Shown here piece by piece: positions 41,262-48,653 of a stretch of DNA of 64,000 nucleotides (position 1 is the first letter of the stretch; every line of letters starts with the position of its first letter). The notes below the pieces were generated by a model that was not told the origin of the DNA, made no database searches, and saw only the letters and a list, made by a program, of their open reading frames with translations. This DNA is from Myxococcota bacterium (GTDB taxonomy: Bacteria; Myxococcota_A; UBA9042; PHBI01; JAWLBL01): positions 96,001 to 160,000 of the forward strand of contig JAWLBL010000019.1 of assembly GCA_041687695.1 (NCBI GenBank), written 5' to 3'. The position numbers were made by a program, and so were the translations under genes.

Positions 41262-41398
41262 AGGGGTTCGCAGCCCATGATCTGCCGGGCCATGTCGCCG
41301 CCGGGACAGCACTGGGTCCCGGGCTCGTAGCCGGTCGGCATGTCGGCCTCGCACCCGGCGAGAAGGGCGGCGAGCGCGCAAACGATCAAGCTCCGCAT
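41258..41398 (-). CDS. Small antisense lipoprotein (46 aa; not in ORF track)
   Basis: Manual translation MRSLIVCALAALLAGCEADMPTGYEPGTQCCPGGDMARQIMGCEPL*; lipobox LAGC; fills the gap between two late genes. Confidence 0.55.
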   Translation of the reverse strand: MRSLIVCALAALLAGCEADMPTGYEPGTQCCPGGDMARQIMGCEPL

Positions 41399-41493
41399 GG
41401 TGGTCACCCGTTGAGATGGAGGTCGGCACCGGTCCTATCGCACGTAGGCCAGTGAAGGCGCAGTCGAGCGCCCCCAATCGAAGAGGCGGCACG

Positions 41494-41979
41494 ATGGCAA
41501 CCTACGGAGACAAGAGGAAGGCGCACGTCGAACCGGTGCGCGTGGTCGGCATCGGGACGGACGTGGCCGAACCGGGCGCGACCATCGATGGCGTCACGAT
41601 GGTCGTCGGGGACAGCGTGGCGGTGCTCGGTGTCGAGGGCGCGGGGATCTACGACTGGAACGGCGCGGCCGTCCCGATGACACGGCGCGACGACCGTCCG
41701 ATCGGCTTCACCGCCGGGACGGCGTTCGTGGTGCTCGAGGGCGACGACTGGGGCGGGAGGATCATCGCGGTCACGGACGCCGAAGAGGGGATGCCCGTCG
41801 TGCTGACGCCGGCTCGCCACAACTTCAGCGCGACCTCCGCCCCGACGGCCGCCGACGACGAGGACAGCCTCTACGGGCCGGGCTCCATGTGGGTCGACAC
41901 CGTGGCGGGTACCGCCTACCTCTGCACTAGCGGGGCGACCGGCGCCGCCGTCTGGAAGCAGTTCACGTTCGTCGCCTGA
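41494..41979 (+). CDS. Putative tail fibre/decoration-like protein
   Basis: TIDGVTMVVGDSVAV...GIY; APTAADDEDSLYGPGSMWVD...ATGAAVW motifs seen in phage fibre proteins. Confidence 0.55.
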   Translation: MATYGDKRKAHVEPVRVVGIGTDVAEPGATIDGVTMVVGDSVAVLGVEGAGIYDWNGAAVPMTRRDDRPIGFTAGTAFVVLEGDDWGGRIIAVTDAEEGMPVVLTPARHNFSATSAPTAADDEDSLYGPGSMWVDTVAGTAYLCTSGATGAAVWKQFTFVA

Positions 41980-42008
41980 TCGGCGGGCTTCCGACGGAGG
42001 GTTCCACG

Positions 42009-42335
42009 ATGACCGAGACCACGAAGAGGCACCCGCACGCGAAGATCGTCGCCGCCATCATCGCCGCCTTGGTGGCGATCGGCGGCGGGGTCTACGGGCT
42101 GGGCGAGACCGAAGGCGTGACCACGGTGACGACCGCGACCGTGCAGGGCCTGGACGCCCGGGTCGCGGCCAACACGGTGGCGATCGCCGAGATCCGTGTC
42201 CAACAGGAGGCGGCCAACCAGGTGCTCGTTCGGCTGGACCGGACGATCGAACGCCTGGACGTGACGCTGGCCGAACTCGCCCGCGTCGTCGCCCGCATGG
42301 AGGGGCGCGACGCCATCCTGGGCACGAGCAAGTGA
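42009..42335 (+). CDS. Membrane-anchored coiled-coil protein (i-spanin- or holin-like)
   Basis: RBS GGAGG; single N-terminal TM plus heptad coiled coil. Confidence 0.5.
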   Translation: MTETTKRHPHAKIVAAIIAALVAIGGGVYGLGETEGVTTVTTATVQGLDARVAANTVAIAEIRVQQEAANQVLVRLDRTIERLDVTLAELARVVARMEGRDAILGTSK

Positions 42336-42685
42336 AGCGGGTCCTGTTCGCGGCGCTGCTGGCCGGCTGTTCGGTCGACCTGCAGCGCCGGCCTGACCAG
42401 TTCCCCCCGCTCGAGCTGGGCGCCGGGCCATGCACGGTGACGATCGCGTCCGAACACGCGACCGTCACCATCCACCTGGGCGACGTGTCCGCGCTGGTCG
42501 TCAGAGAGGCGACGGTCCGAGCCCTCAAGGGGCTGGCCGGTCAGGGCCTACAGGTCACGCCGATGATGATCGCACTCGTCGAGGGGCTCACGATTGCCGG
42601 GGTCGACGAGGGGCTCTGCCGGGTCCTCGACAAGGCCCGCAGCCATCTCAACGGCCGACTGGACCTGCTGGTCGAACGACGCTGA
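42332..42685 (+). CDS. Lipoprotein (o-spanin-like position)
   Basis: MKRVLFAALLAGC lipobox; GTGA overlap with upstream gene. Confidence 0.55.
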   Translation: MKRVLFAALLAGCSVDLQRRPDQFPPLELGAGPCTVTIASEHATVTIHLGDVSALVVREATVRALKGLAGQGLQVTPMMIALVEGLTIAGVDEGLCRVLDKARSHLNGRLDLLVERR

Positions 42686-42781
42686 CGCGGGCTCGACGCT
42701 TCCCGCTTGCTCGCGACTAGCGTGTTCCTCTTGAGACCGTTTCCCTAGCGGCCCGCCACAGAGCCTTGCAGGCACAGGGCC

Positions 42782-42939
42782 TAGTGGTCGGAATGGGGAA
42801 TTCTGCAACTTCTTGGGTTGACGGCGGCCCATCTAGCCGCCATCGTTGTAAGCCTCCAACGACGACGCGTTCGGCGAAACGAGCCCTCCGGGGGGAGGGG
42901 CGTGCCGACCTCGTTACCGCCTCCGGCCCCAGTGGCCGA
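42782..42939 (+). repeat. ~155-bp diverged copy of host nrdJ upstream region (59447-59601)
   Basis: 51-bp identity 42857-42907 = 59522-59572, with colinear similarity on both sides. Confidence 0.9.
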
Positions 42940-43470
42940 AGCGCGGCGACGTGTGTTGACCCGTAAGCCTCCCCCACAGCAGGTTCCAGCCAACACACGA
43001 ACAGTCCGTCACGGCACGCTTCCCGTTCTGACACGGGGAGGGCAGCACATGCCCGGGCGTAGGTGCTCGGGCCTGACGACGGAAACGGAGCAGTGCTCCG
43101 TAGCCTCGGTCAGGAGAAGCCACCTCGCCCGAACCAGGGCTGGGTTGCGTTCCGGCAGGTGCGAACCAAGACCAGGAGACAGAGAACGAACAAGGGGCTG
43201 CAACGCAGCCAAGCTACGAAGCAGCCCCGTGAAGACCTAGACCAACCAAAAAATCACCAGAGCTTGCTGGCAACTGCTCAGCGCGCTGGCCGGCGCGCCG
43301 CAGGTTGGCAACCAGGCGTGCGAACAACTCTGTCCAAGGCGTTCGTAGGTCCCGGTCGAGTAGATGTCAAGCGGGCTTGCTGCAACCCAGAGACCTGGGG
43401 GGTCGGCTGCGTGGGCGTTCCACCGTAGCTGCACCGGTTTCCCGGGTACTGCAGGCCACCTGCAGTACGC
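42850..43470 (+). ncRNA. Candidate large structured non-coding RNA or long leader (strand inferred)
   Basis: No convincing ORF; many nested local and long-range inverted repeats with A-rich linkers. Confidence 0.4.
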
Positions 43471-43501
43471 CTCCGTGCGTTCCGCACAAAGGCATCAAGC
43501 C

Positions 43502-43588
43502 ATGGTCGAGTTCCTGTTCGGCATCATCCTCGGCATCATCGCTCGCGACGTGTGGCCCCGTGGCACCCGTCCGCCGGCGAAGAAGTAG
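43502..43588 (+). CDS. 28-aa hydrophobic peptide
   Basis: MVEFLFGIILGIIARDVWPRGTRPPAKK; followed by strong hairpin. Confidence 0.35.
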   Translation: MVEFLFGIILGIIARDVWPRGTRPPAKK

Positions 43589-43609
43589 CAGGGGAGCCTG
43601 ATCGCGCGG

Positions 43610-43640
43610 CGGGTTCACGGGGAACGGTCCCGTGAACCCG
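43610..43640. terminator. 12-bp stem hairpin between convergent genes
   Basis: CGGGTTCACGGG / CCCGTGAACCCG perfect inverted repeat. Confidence 0.55.
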
Positions 43641-43659
43641 ACCGTAACCTCACAGGCGC

Positions 43660-43971
43660 TCAGCCGCCCCCGACGCGGGTCCCGCCGCCCTCGTAGCCGT
43701 TGCCGACGCCGGTCCCGTTTGCAGCGAAGCCGTTGCCGACGGTGCCTTCGTACCCGACGGTCCCCTTATAGCGGCCGTCGTCGTCGTAGCCGCCTCCAAT
43801 CTCGGTTTCCTTCGCGGCGACCGTGAAGCCACCTCGCTCGACGCCGTTGTCGGCGGAGGCGGTGAAGCCGCCGGTGGTTCCGCTGCTGTCGTGGGAGGTG
43901 ATCAGGAAGCCACCACCCGAGTAGCCGCCGGTGGCCAGAAGGGTCGCAGCCGCGATGATGATGAGCTTCAT
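43660..43971 (-). CDS. Small secreted Gly-rich protein
   Basis: RBS GAGG; signal MKLIIIAAATLLA; Gly/Tyr-rich mature part. Confidence 0.55.
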   Translation of the reverse strand: MKLIIIAAATLLATGGYSGGGFLITSHDSSGTTGGFTASADNGVERGGFTVAAKETEIGGGYDDDGRYKGTVGYEGTVGNGFAANGTGVGNGYEGGGTRVGGG

Positions 43972-44063
43972 GGGAGCCTCTGTGGTAGGTGCCGGTAACC
44001 CGCAGACGGGCAACCGTTCCACAGAATTCCAGGGAGCTCGTGCTAAGTGCAACGCTTCGGTCG

Positions 44064-44780
44064 TCAGCTGCCCTTGGAACGGTCAATCTTTGCCTGGAGT
44101 GTCGCCCTGCGCTCTCGGCTCCGAGCGGGCTGCACGTAGAAGAACTCCAAGAGGTCATCGAGGACTTGGAGCATGAGCTGAGCCTCGTTCTCTTCGATGT
44201 CGAGGATCTCACCTGTCACGCCGTCGGCCTTCAGGTGAACCGCGATGTTGCCCAGCTGCCGGACGTGGTCCAGTTCCTCGTGGAGGTGCGCCGGGAACCG
44301 CTGTTCGGCGAGCTTCAGGAGCCCGGCAAGGTTGGTCCGAGGCGAGGCGCTGGTGGCCTCGAGCAGGATGGCTTCCATGCACCGGCGGGAGAGCGCCGCC
44401 GAGGCCCGAGGGCTGATGTCGAGGATGGCCCAAGCCTCGCGCCAGTCCTTCGCGATCCCCTCGGGCACGGCCGGGTCTGGGGCGCGAGAGCGGAAGCGGG
44501 GATAGATGACCTGGTCAGGCCAGGGAGTACCGGAAGCGAGACCGATGTCGGCTCCGATGACCAGGATCGGGAAGTCACAGACTGGACATAGGAATCCGAC
44601 GAGCGCCCACTCGCTCCGGCCTCGACTGCAGACCCAGTGAAAGGTCAGCGGAACCCACTCGCTCTCCTGCTGCCAGCTCTGGCCACCACGGACGCGCATG
44701 GGCTCGCCCAGGTTGACCTTCTCTTGACAGTGTGGACAGGTCACCCGCGAGCCCTGATAGTAGACGTTCTCGTCGTTCAT
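44064..44780 (-). CDS. DUF4145-like (HEPN-related) protein with Zn-ribbon, copy 1
   Basis: CPHC...CPVC; DWREAWAILDISPRASAALSRRCME; VRQLGNIAVH (R-x4-6-H-like). Confidence 0.75.
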   Translation of the reverse strand: MNDENVYYQGSRVTCPHCQEKVNLGEPMRVRGGQSWQQESEWVPLTFHWVCSRGRSEWALVGFLCPVCDFPILVIGADIGLASGTPWPDQVIYPRFRSRAPDPAVPEGIAKDWREAWAILDISPRASAALSRRCMEAILLEATSASPRTNLAGLLKLAEQRFPAHLHEELDHVRQLGNIAVHLKADGVTGEILDIEENEAQLMLQVLDDLLEFFYVQPARSRERRATLQAKIDRSKGS

Positions 44781-44944
44781 CGTGGTCTCCGACGATTGCT
44801 CTCGTGGTCAACCTACCCCACCGGCGTCGATGCGCAACCGCGTCGATGGTCGAGGCTATCGACCTGCTTCAGCGACGGCGTCCGAACTGATGAAGGACGC
44901 GGCGGTCAAGGCAGGAGTCGAGAGGAGCGTAGAAGACCAGGACG

Positions 44945-45319
44945 TTGACAGGGTGGGATCTCGCGATCCTCATCAGAGCTATGAGACCTACCCACGACGT
45001 CCCTGCATCCGTGCTCGAGCTGATGGCCCAGCAGACGAGCTGGACCTGGTGCATCGAGGTCCTGACCGGATGGCTCAACAGGACCAAGCGCTGCTACACG
45101 GTCTACGACGTATACTGCTTCCTGGTCGAGCACAGGCCCGGTGAGGCGGTCGACTACGACTACATCGCCCGTCGCCTCAGCCAGAGCAGTACGCCCGGCA
45201 CCTACTACTGGGTGGCCTTCGGTCCCGACCATGAGTCGGCTCGGCAGTACTACGAGGCCCTGCGTGGGCGTCTGTCGCTGGCCGAGGTCGACGGAGGCGA
45301 GCTGTCGCTGACGAACTAG
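44945..45319 (+). CDS. Hypothetical protein
   Basis: ORF between the two DUF4145-like paralogues, on the opposite strand; start uncertain. Confidence 0.45.
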   Translation: MTGWDLAILIRAMRPTHDVPASVLELMAQQTSWTWCIEVLTGWLNRTKRCYTVYDVYCFLVEHRPGEAVDYDYIARRLSQSSTPGTYYWVAFGPDHESARQYYEALRGRLSLAEVDGGELSLTN

Positions 45320-46017
45320 GTAGCCTTCGAGGTCTTGGCCTTCAGGGCAGCTTGCCGCTGAGCACGCTTGGCCGGCTGGACGTAGTAGAAGTCCAGCAAC
45401 TCATCCACGATGGTGAGCAGCGCCTCGGCCTCGTCCTGGTTGATCTCCATGATGGATCCCGTCGTGGAGTCCGACTTGAGATGGACTGCGATGTTGCCCA
45501 TCTTCCGAACCTCGTCGAGGTGCTGTTCGAGGTCTGACGGCAGCGTGGGCCCGACGCTGGTGATCATGTCGACCAGCCGAGTCTTCGGGTTCTGCTTGCC
45601 AGCGTCAACGAGGGTCGCCTCGATGCAGCGACGCGAGAGCGCCGCCGAGGCCCGTGGGCTCAGGTCGAGGATCGCCCATGCCTCCTGCCAGTCCTTGGCG
45701 ATGTCGGCAGGTACGACTGGGTCTGGCGCGCGGACTCGAGCGGCAGGGTGGACGATCCGTTCGTCAAGGACTTTCCCACCTGTGATGTCGTTTTGCACGG
45801 TTCTCAGGACGAGCACGAGTTGATCGCAGACTGGGCAGACGTAACCCCTTAGTTCTTGACGCTGCTGGCTTCTGTTCCGTTGCCAGGTGAGGAACAAGGA
45901 CACGAGGGTCTGTCGGTCGCGGTCGTCGAGCGCAAAAACCTGTGTGTATTCGGGTAGGTTGATGGGCTGCTCGCAGTGGGGGCAGGTAACCCGGGCCTTC
46001 GGCTCGTAGCTCGTCAT
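45316..46017 (-). CDS. DUF4145-like (HEPN-related) protein with Zn-ribbon, copy 2
   Basis: RBS AGGAGAGG; CPHC...CPVC; DWQEAWAILDLSPRASAALSRRCIE; VRKMGNIAVH. Confidence 0.75.
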   Translation of the reverse strand: MTSYEPKARVTCPHCEQPINLPEYTQVFALDDRDRQTLVSLFLTWQRNRSQQRQELRGYVCPVCDQLVLVLRTVQNDITGGKVLDERIVHPAARVRAPDPVVPADIAKDWQEAWAILDLSPRASAALSRRCIEATLVDAGKQNPKTRLVDMITSVGPTLPSDLEQHLDEVRKMGNIAVHLKSDSTTGSIMEINQDEAEALLTIVDELLDFYYVQPAKRAQRQAALKAKTSKAT

Positions 46018-46139
46018 GTTCCTCTCCTAGGGGGCCAGAGCTTAGCGGACCCTCAAGGATCCGCAACGTCGTTCGGGACGGACGAACCTTGATCGGGTCT
46101 GTCGTCTTCCGCTACTCAGAGCTGAGCGGAGGAACGCCA

Positions 46140-47747
46140 ATGACCGAGCCCACGCAATCGACTGCGCGACGAGCTGTCATCTACGCCCGTGTCTCGAGCC
46201 AGGGGCAGCGGGACCGCCAGACCATCGAGTCCCAGCTCCGGGTCTTGCCCGAGTTCGTCGAGTCCCGGGGGTGGGAGCTGGTCAGGCCCACCGACACCTA
46301 TATAGACGATGGGTTCTCGGCCAAGGCCGGGGGACTCGACGACCTCAAGGGCCGGGCCCAGCTGCTCTCGGATGCCGAGGCGGGCCTCTTCGACCTGGTG
46401 GCGGTGGTCGACCAAGACCGGCTCACCCGATCGGAGGACTTGGTCGAGCGCGGCTACATACTGGGTTCGCTCCAGCGGGCTCAGATCCAGATCGCGGTTC
46501 AGTCCACCGGCCAGGTGCTCGACCTCTCGAGTTCCGAGGGCGACCTGCACGCCAGCCTCCAGGGGTTCTTCAGCGCCGAGGAGAACCGCAAGCGTCGGAA
46601 GCGAACTCTCGATGGCAAGCAGACCGCGATCAAGCGTGGCCGTAAGCCCTCCGGCCCAACCCCCTACGGCTACAACTACGATCGAACCACCGGTACCTGG
46701 ACCATCGACCAGGACCAGGGTGCGATCGTACGCGAGCTCTTCGAACGGGTCGCTGGCGGCGAGTCCTGCCACAGCCTTGCCAGGGAGCTGAACGAGCGAG
46801 GGGTCCCTCGCCCCAGGAGCGGCGCCTGGCAGCAGGCGCGGGTCAACCAGATCGTCCGCCAGCGCGCCTACATCGGGACCTACACGGCCGACAAGAAGAG
46901 GAACCTGACCATCGAGGTCCCGAGGATCGTGAGCGACTGGCTGTTCGAGCAGGCCGAGATCGCCCTGCAGGCCAACCGGTTCCACCTCAACCCCAAGACC
47001 AACCACTACAACCTGGCCCAGGGGATCGGGGTCTGCGGGGTCTGCGGCCAGGACATCCTGCTTACGGGCAACAAGCTCAAGAAGCGGTACTACGTCTGCC
47101 GGTCCAAGAAGGGGCTGGGCAAGGACGTCGAGCGCTGCCCCAACCCGATGCGGCAGGTCGAGCCCACCGACGAGAAGATCTGGGCGCAGGTCCGCTACGT
47201 GCTCGAGCAGCCCGACCTCCTGGAGGGAGCGGTCCAGCTCCGGATCGATCGGGCCAACGAGACCGACTGGGAGGCCGAGCTCAAGGAGACCGAGTCCAAG
47301 CTGGCCGCCATCGATCGCCGGGCCCAGAACGTCCTCAACTCCTACATGAAGGGGTTGATCGCCGACGACGTCTACGAGCAGCACCTGGTGTCGACGCAGC
47401 GGGACCGAGAGGGGCTGGAGCGCCAGCGCGATCTGGCCAACCAGAACCTGCTGGCCGCCAAGAGGACCGAGCAGGAGACCCGTGCTCTTCGGGCGACCGT
47501 CGAGAAGCTCAAGCAGAACCTCGACACCGCGTCACCAGAAGAGCGCCAGAAGCTCGTCAGGATGCTGATCCCAGGCCGGGACGGGTACCGGATCACGTTC
47601 GAGCAGGACGGGACCCTGACCATCATGGGGATGGTGGATGCCGGGACACCCGCATCGAACAAGGCTGGATCAGGGGAAGGAGAGGGCGGCTCGGGTGTCT
47701 TCCACGATGACGGTGTATCAACCAGCTGCGACAGAAGATCGGGGTGA
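46140..47747 (+). CDS. Large serine recombinase (phage integrase)
   Basis: YARVSS catalytic Ser, DRLTRS, PYGY, recombinase domain, Zn-ribbon CGVCG...YYVC...C, coiled coil; ORF runs across the right att junction. Confidence 0.95.
   Translation: MTEPTQSTARRAVIYARVSSQGQRDRQTIESQLRVLPEFVESRGWELVRPTDTYIDDGFSAKAGGLDDLKGRAQLLSDAEAGLFDLVAVVDQDRLTRSEDLVERGYILGSLQRAQIQIAVQSTGQVLDLSSSEGDLHASLQGFFSAEENRKRRKRTLDGKQTAIKRGRKPSGPTPYGYNYDRTTGTWTIDQDQGAIVRELFERVAGGESCHSLARELNERGVPRPRSGAWQQARVNQIVRQRAYIGTYTADKKRNLTIEVPRIVSDWLFEQAEIALQANRFHLNPKTNHYNLAQGIGVCGVCGQDILLTGNKLKKRYYVCRSKKGLGKDVERCPNPMRQVEPTDEKIWAQVRYVLEQPDLLEGAVQLRIDRANETDWEAELKETESKLAAIDRRAQNVLNSYMKGLIADDVYEQHLVSTQRDREGLERQRDLANQNLLAAKRTEQETRALRATVEKLKQNLDTASPEERQKLVRMLIPGRDGYRITFEQDGTLTIMGMVDAGTPASNKAGSGEGEGGSGVFHDDGVSTSCDRRSG
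47698..47722. other. Right att junction (phage arm TCTTCCAcgatgACGGTgt + core ATCAAC)
   Basis: Inverted-repeat partner of 12417-12437; recA coding resumes at the core. Confidence 0.9.
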
Positions 47748-48190
47748 TGTTCGGCAACCCCGAGACGACGACCGGGGGCAACGCCCTCAAGTTCTACTCG
47801 AGCGTCCGCCTGGACATCCGGCGCATCGGGGCGCTCAAGAACGGCGACCAGGCCATCGGCAACCGCACCCGGGTGAAGGTGGCCAAGAACAAGGTCGCGC
47901 CGCCGTTCCAGACCTGCGAGTTCGACATCGTCTACGGACGCGGGATCTGCCAGGCGGGCGAGCTGCTCGACATGGGCGTCGAGGTCGGCGTCATCGACAA
48001 GTCCGGCGCCTGGTACTCGTGGCGCGAGGGGCGCCTGGGCCAGGGGCGCGAGAAGGCGCGCGAGGCCCTGATGGCCGACGAGGCGCTGTTCCGGACCCTG
48101 CGCGCCGAGACGATGGCGCGCCGGCTGGGGCGGCCCGCGCCGGTGGTCGAGGTGGCGGGCGACGACGGCATCGAGGCGCAGGCCGCCTGA
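47717..48190 (+). pseudogene. recA: recA 3' fragment (resumes [18 protein letters not shown]...)
   Basis: [49 protein letters not shown]; in frame with the 5' half after excision. Confidence 0.97.
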
Positions 48191-48212
48191 GGCGCGCCCG
48201 GGAGGACGAACG

Positions 48213-48653
48213 ATGAGCGTGAACAAGGCGTTCCTGGTGGGCCGGCTCGGCGCCGCGCCCGAGATGAAGACGACCCAGGGCGGAAAGGCGATGTGCCAGT
48301 TCAGCGTGGCCACCGACGGCTGGGGCGGCGAGGACAAGGGCCGCACGACCGAGTGGCACTCGATCGTGGTCTGGGAGCGGCAGGCCCAGCTCTGCGAGCA
48401 GTACCTGAACAAGGGCAGCCTGGTGGCGGTCGAGGGGCGGCTCGCGACCCGCAGCTGGGACGACCCCAAGTCGGGCGTCAAGCGCTACAAGACCGAGGTC
48501 GTCGCCTCGCGCGTGACGTTCCTCGGCGGCCGGGGCGAGGCCACGACCCACCCGAGCGGCGGACACGACGGCGGGCCCGGAGCCGGGCGTCGCGGTGGCG
48601 CGGTGGGGGTGGCGCATGCGGGGCGGGAGGTGCGTGATGACCTTCCGTTCTGA
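48213..48653 (+). CDS. ssb: Single-stranded DNA-binding protein
   Basis: VNKAFLVGRLG, TEWHSIVVW, KGSLVAVEGRL, C-terminal DDLPF. Confidence 0.95.
   Translation: MSVNKAFLVGRLGAAPEMKTTQGGKAMCQFSVATDGWGGEDKGRTTEWHSIVVWERQAQLCEQYLNKGSLVAVEGRLATRSWDDPKSGVKRYKTEVVASRVTFLGGRGEATTHPSGGHDGGPGAGRRGGAVGVAHAGREVRDDLPF

Larger units (their letters stand above)
12411..47722. mobile_element. Prophage (~35.3 kb, siphovirus-like) integrated in recA by a large serine recombinase
   Basis: ATCAAC at both ends (12411-12416, 47717-47722); split recA; integrase, terminase, portal, capsid and tape-measure genes inside. Confidence 0.95.

Noticed and set aside
43228..43245. Group I intron core (AAGACCTAGACC resembles the S element)
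   Set aside because: No matching P7 partner or interrupted host gene could be identified.
43063..43428. 121-aa ORF within the structured region
   Set aside because: No RBS, atypical codon usage and no recognisable motif; the base-pairing pattern explains the sequence better.
12417..47716. Intein or self-splicing intron explaining the split recA
   Set aside because: The insert is 35 kb, contains stops in the recA frame and has att arms plus an integrase, so the interruption is at DNA level.
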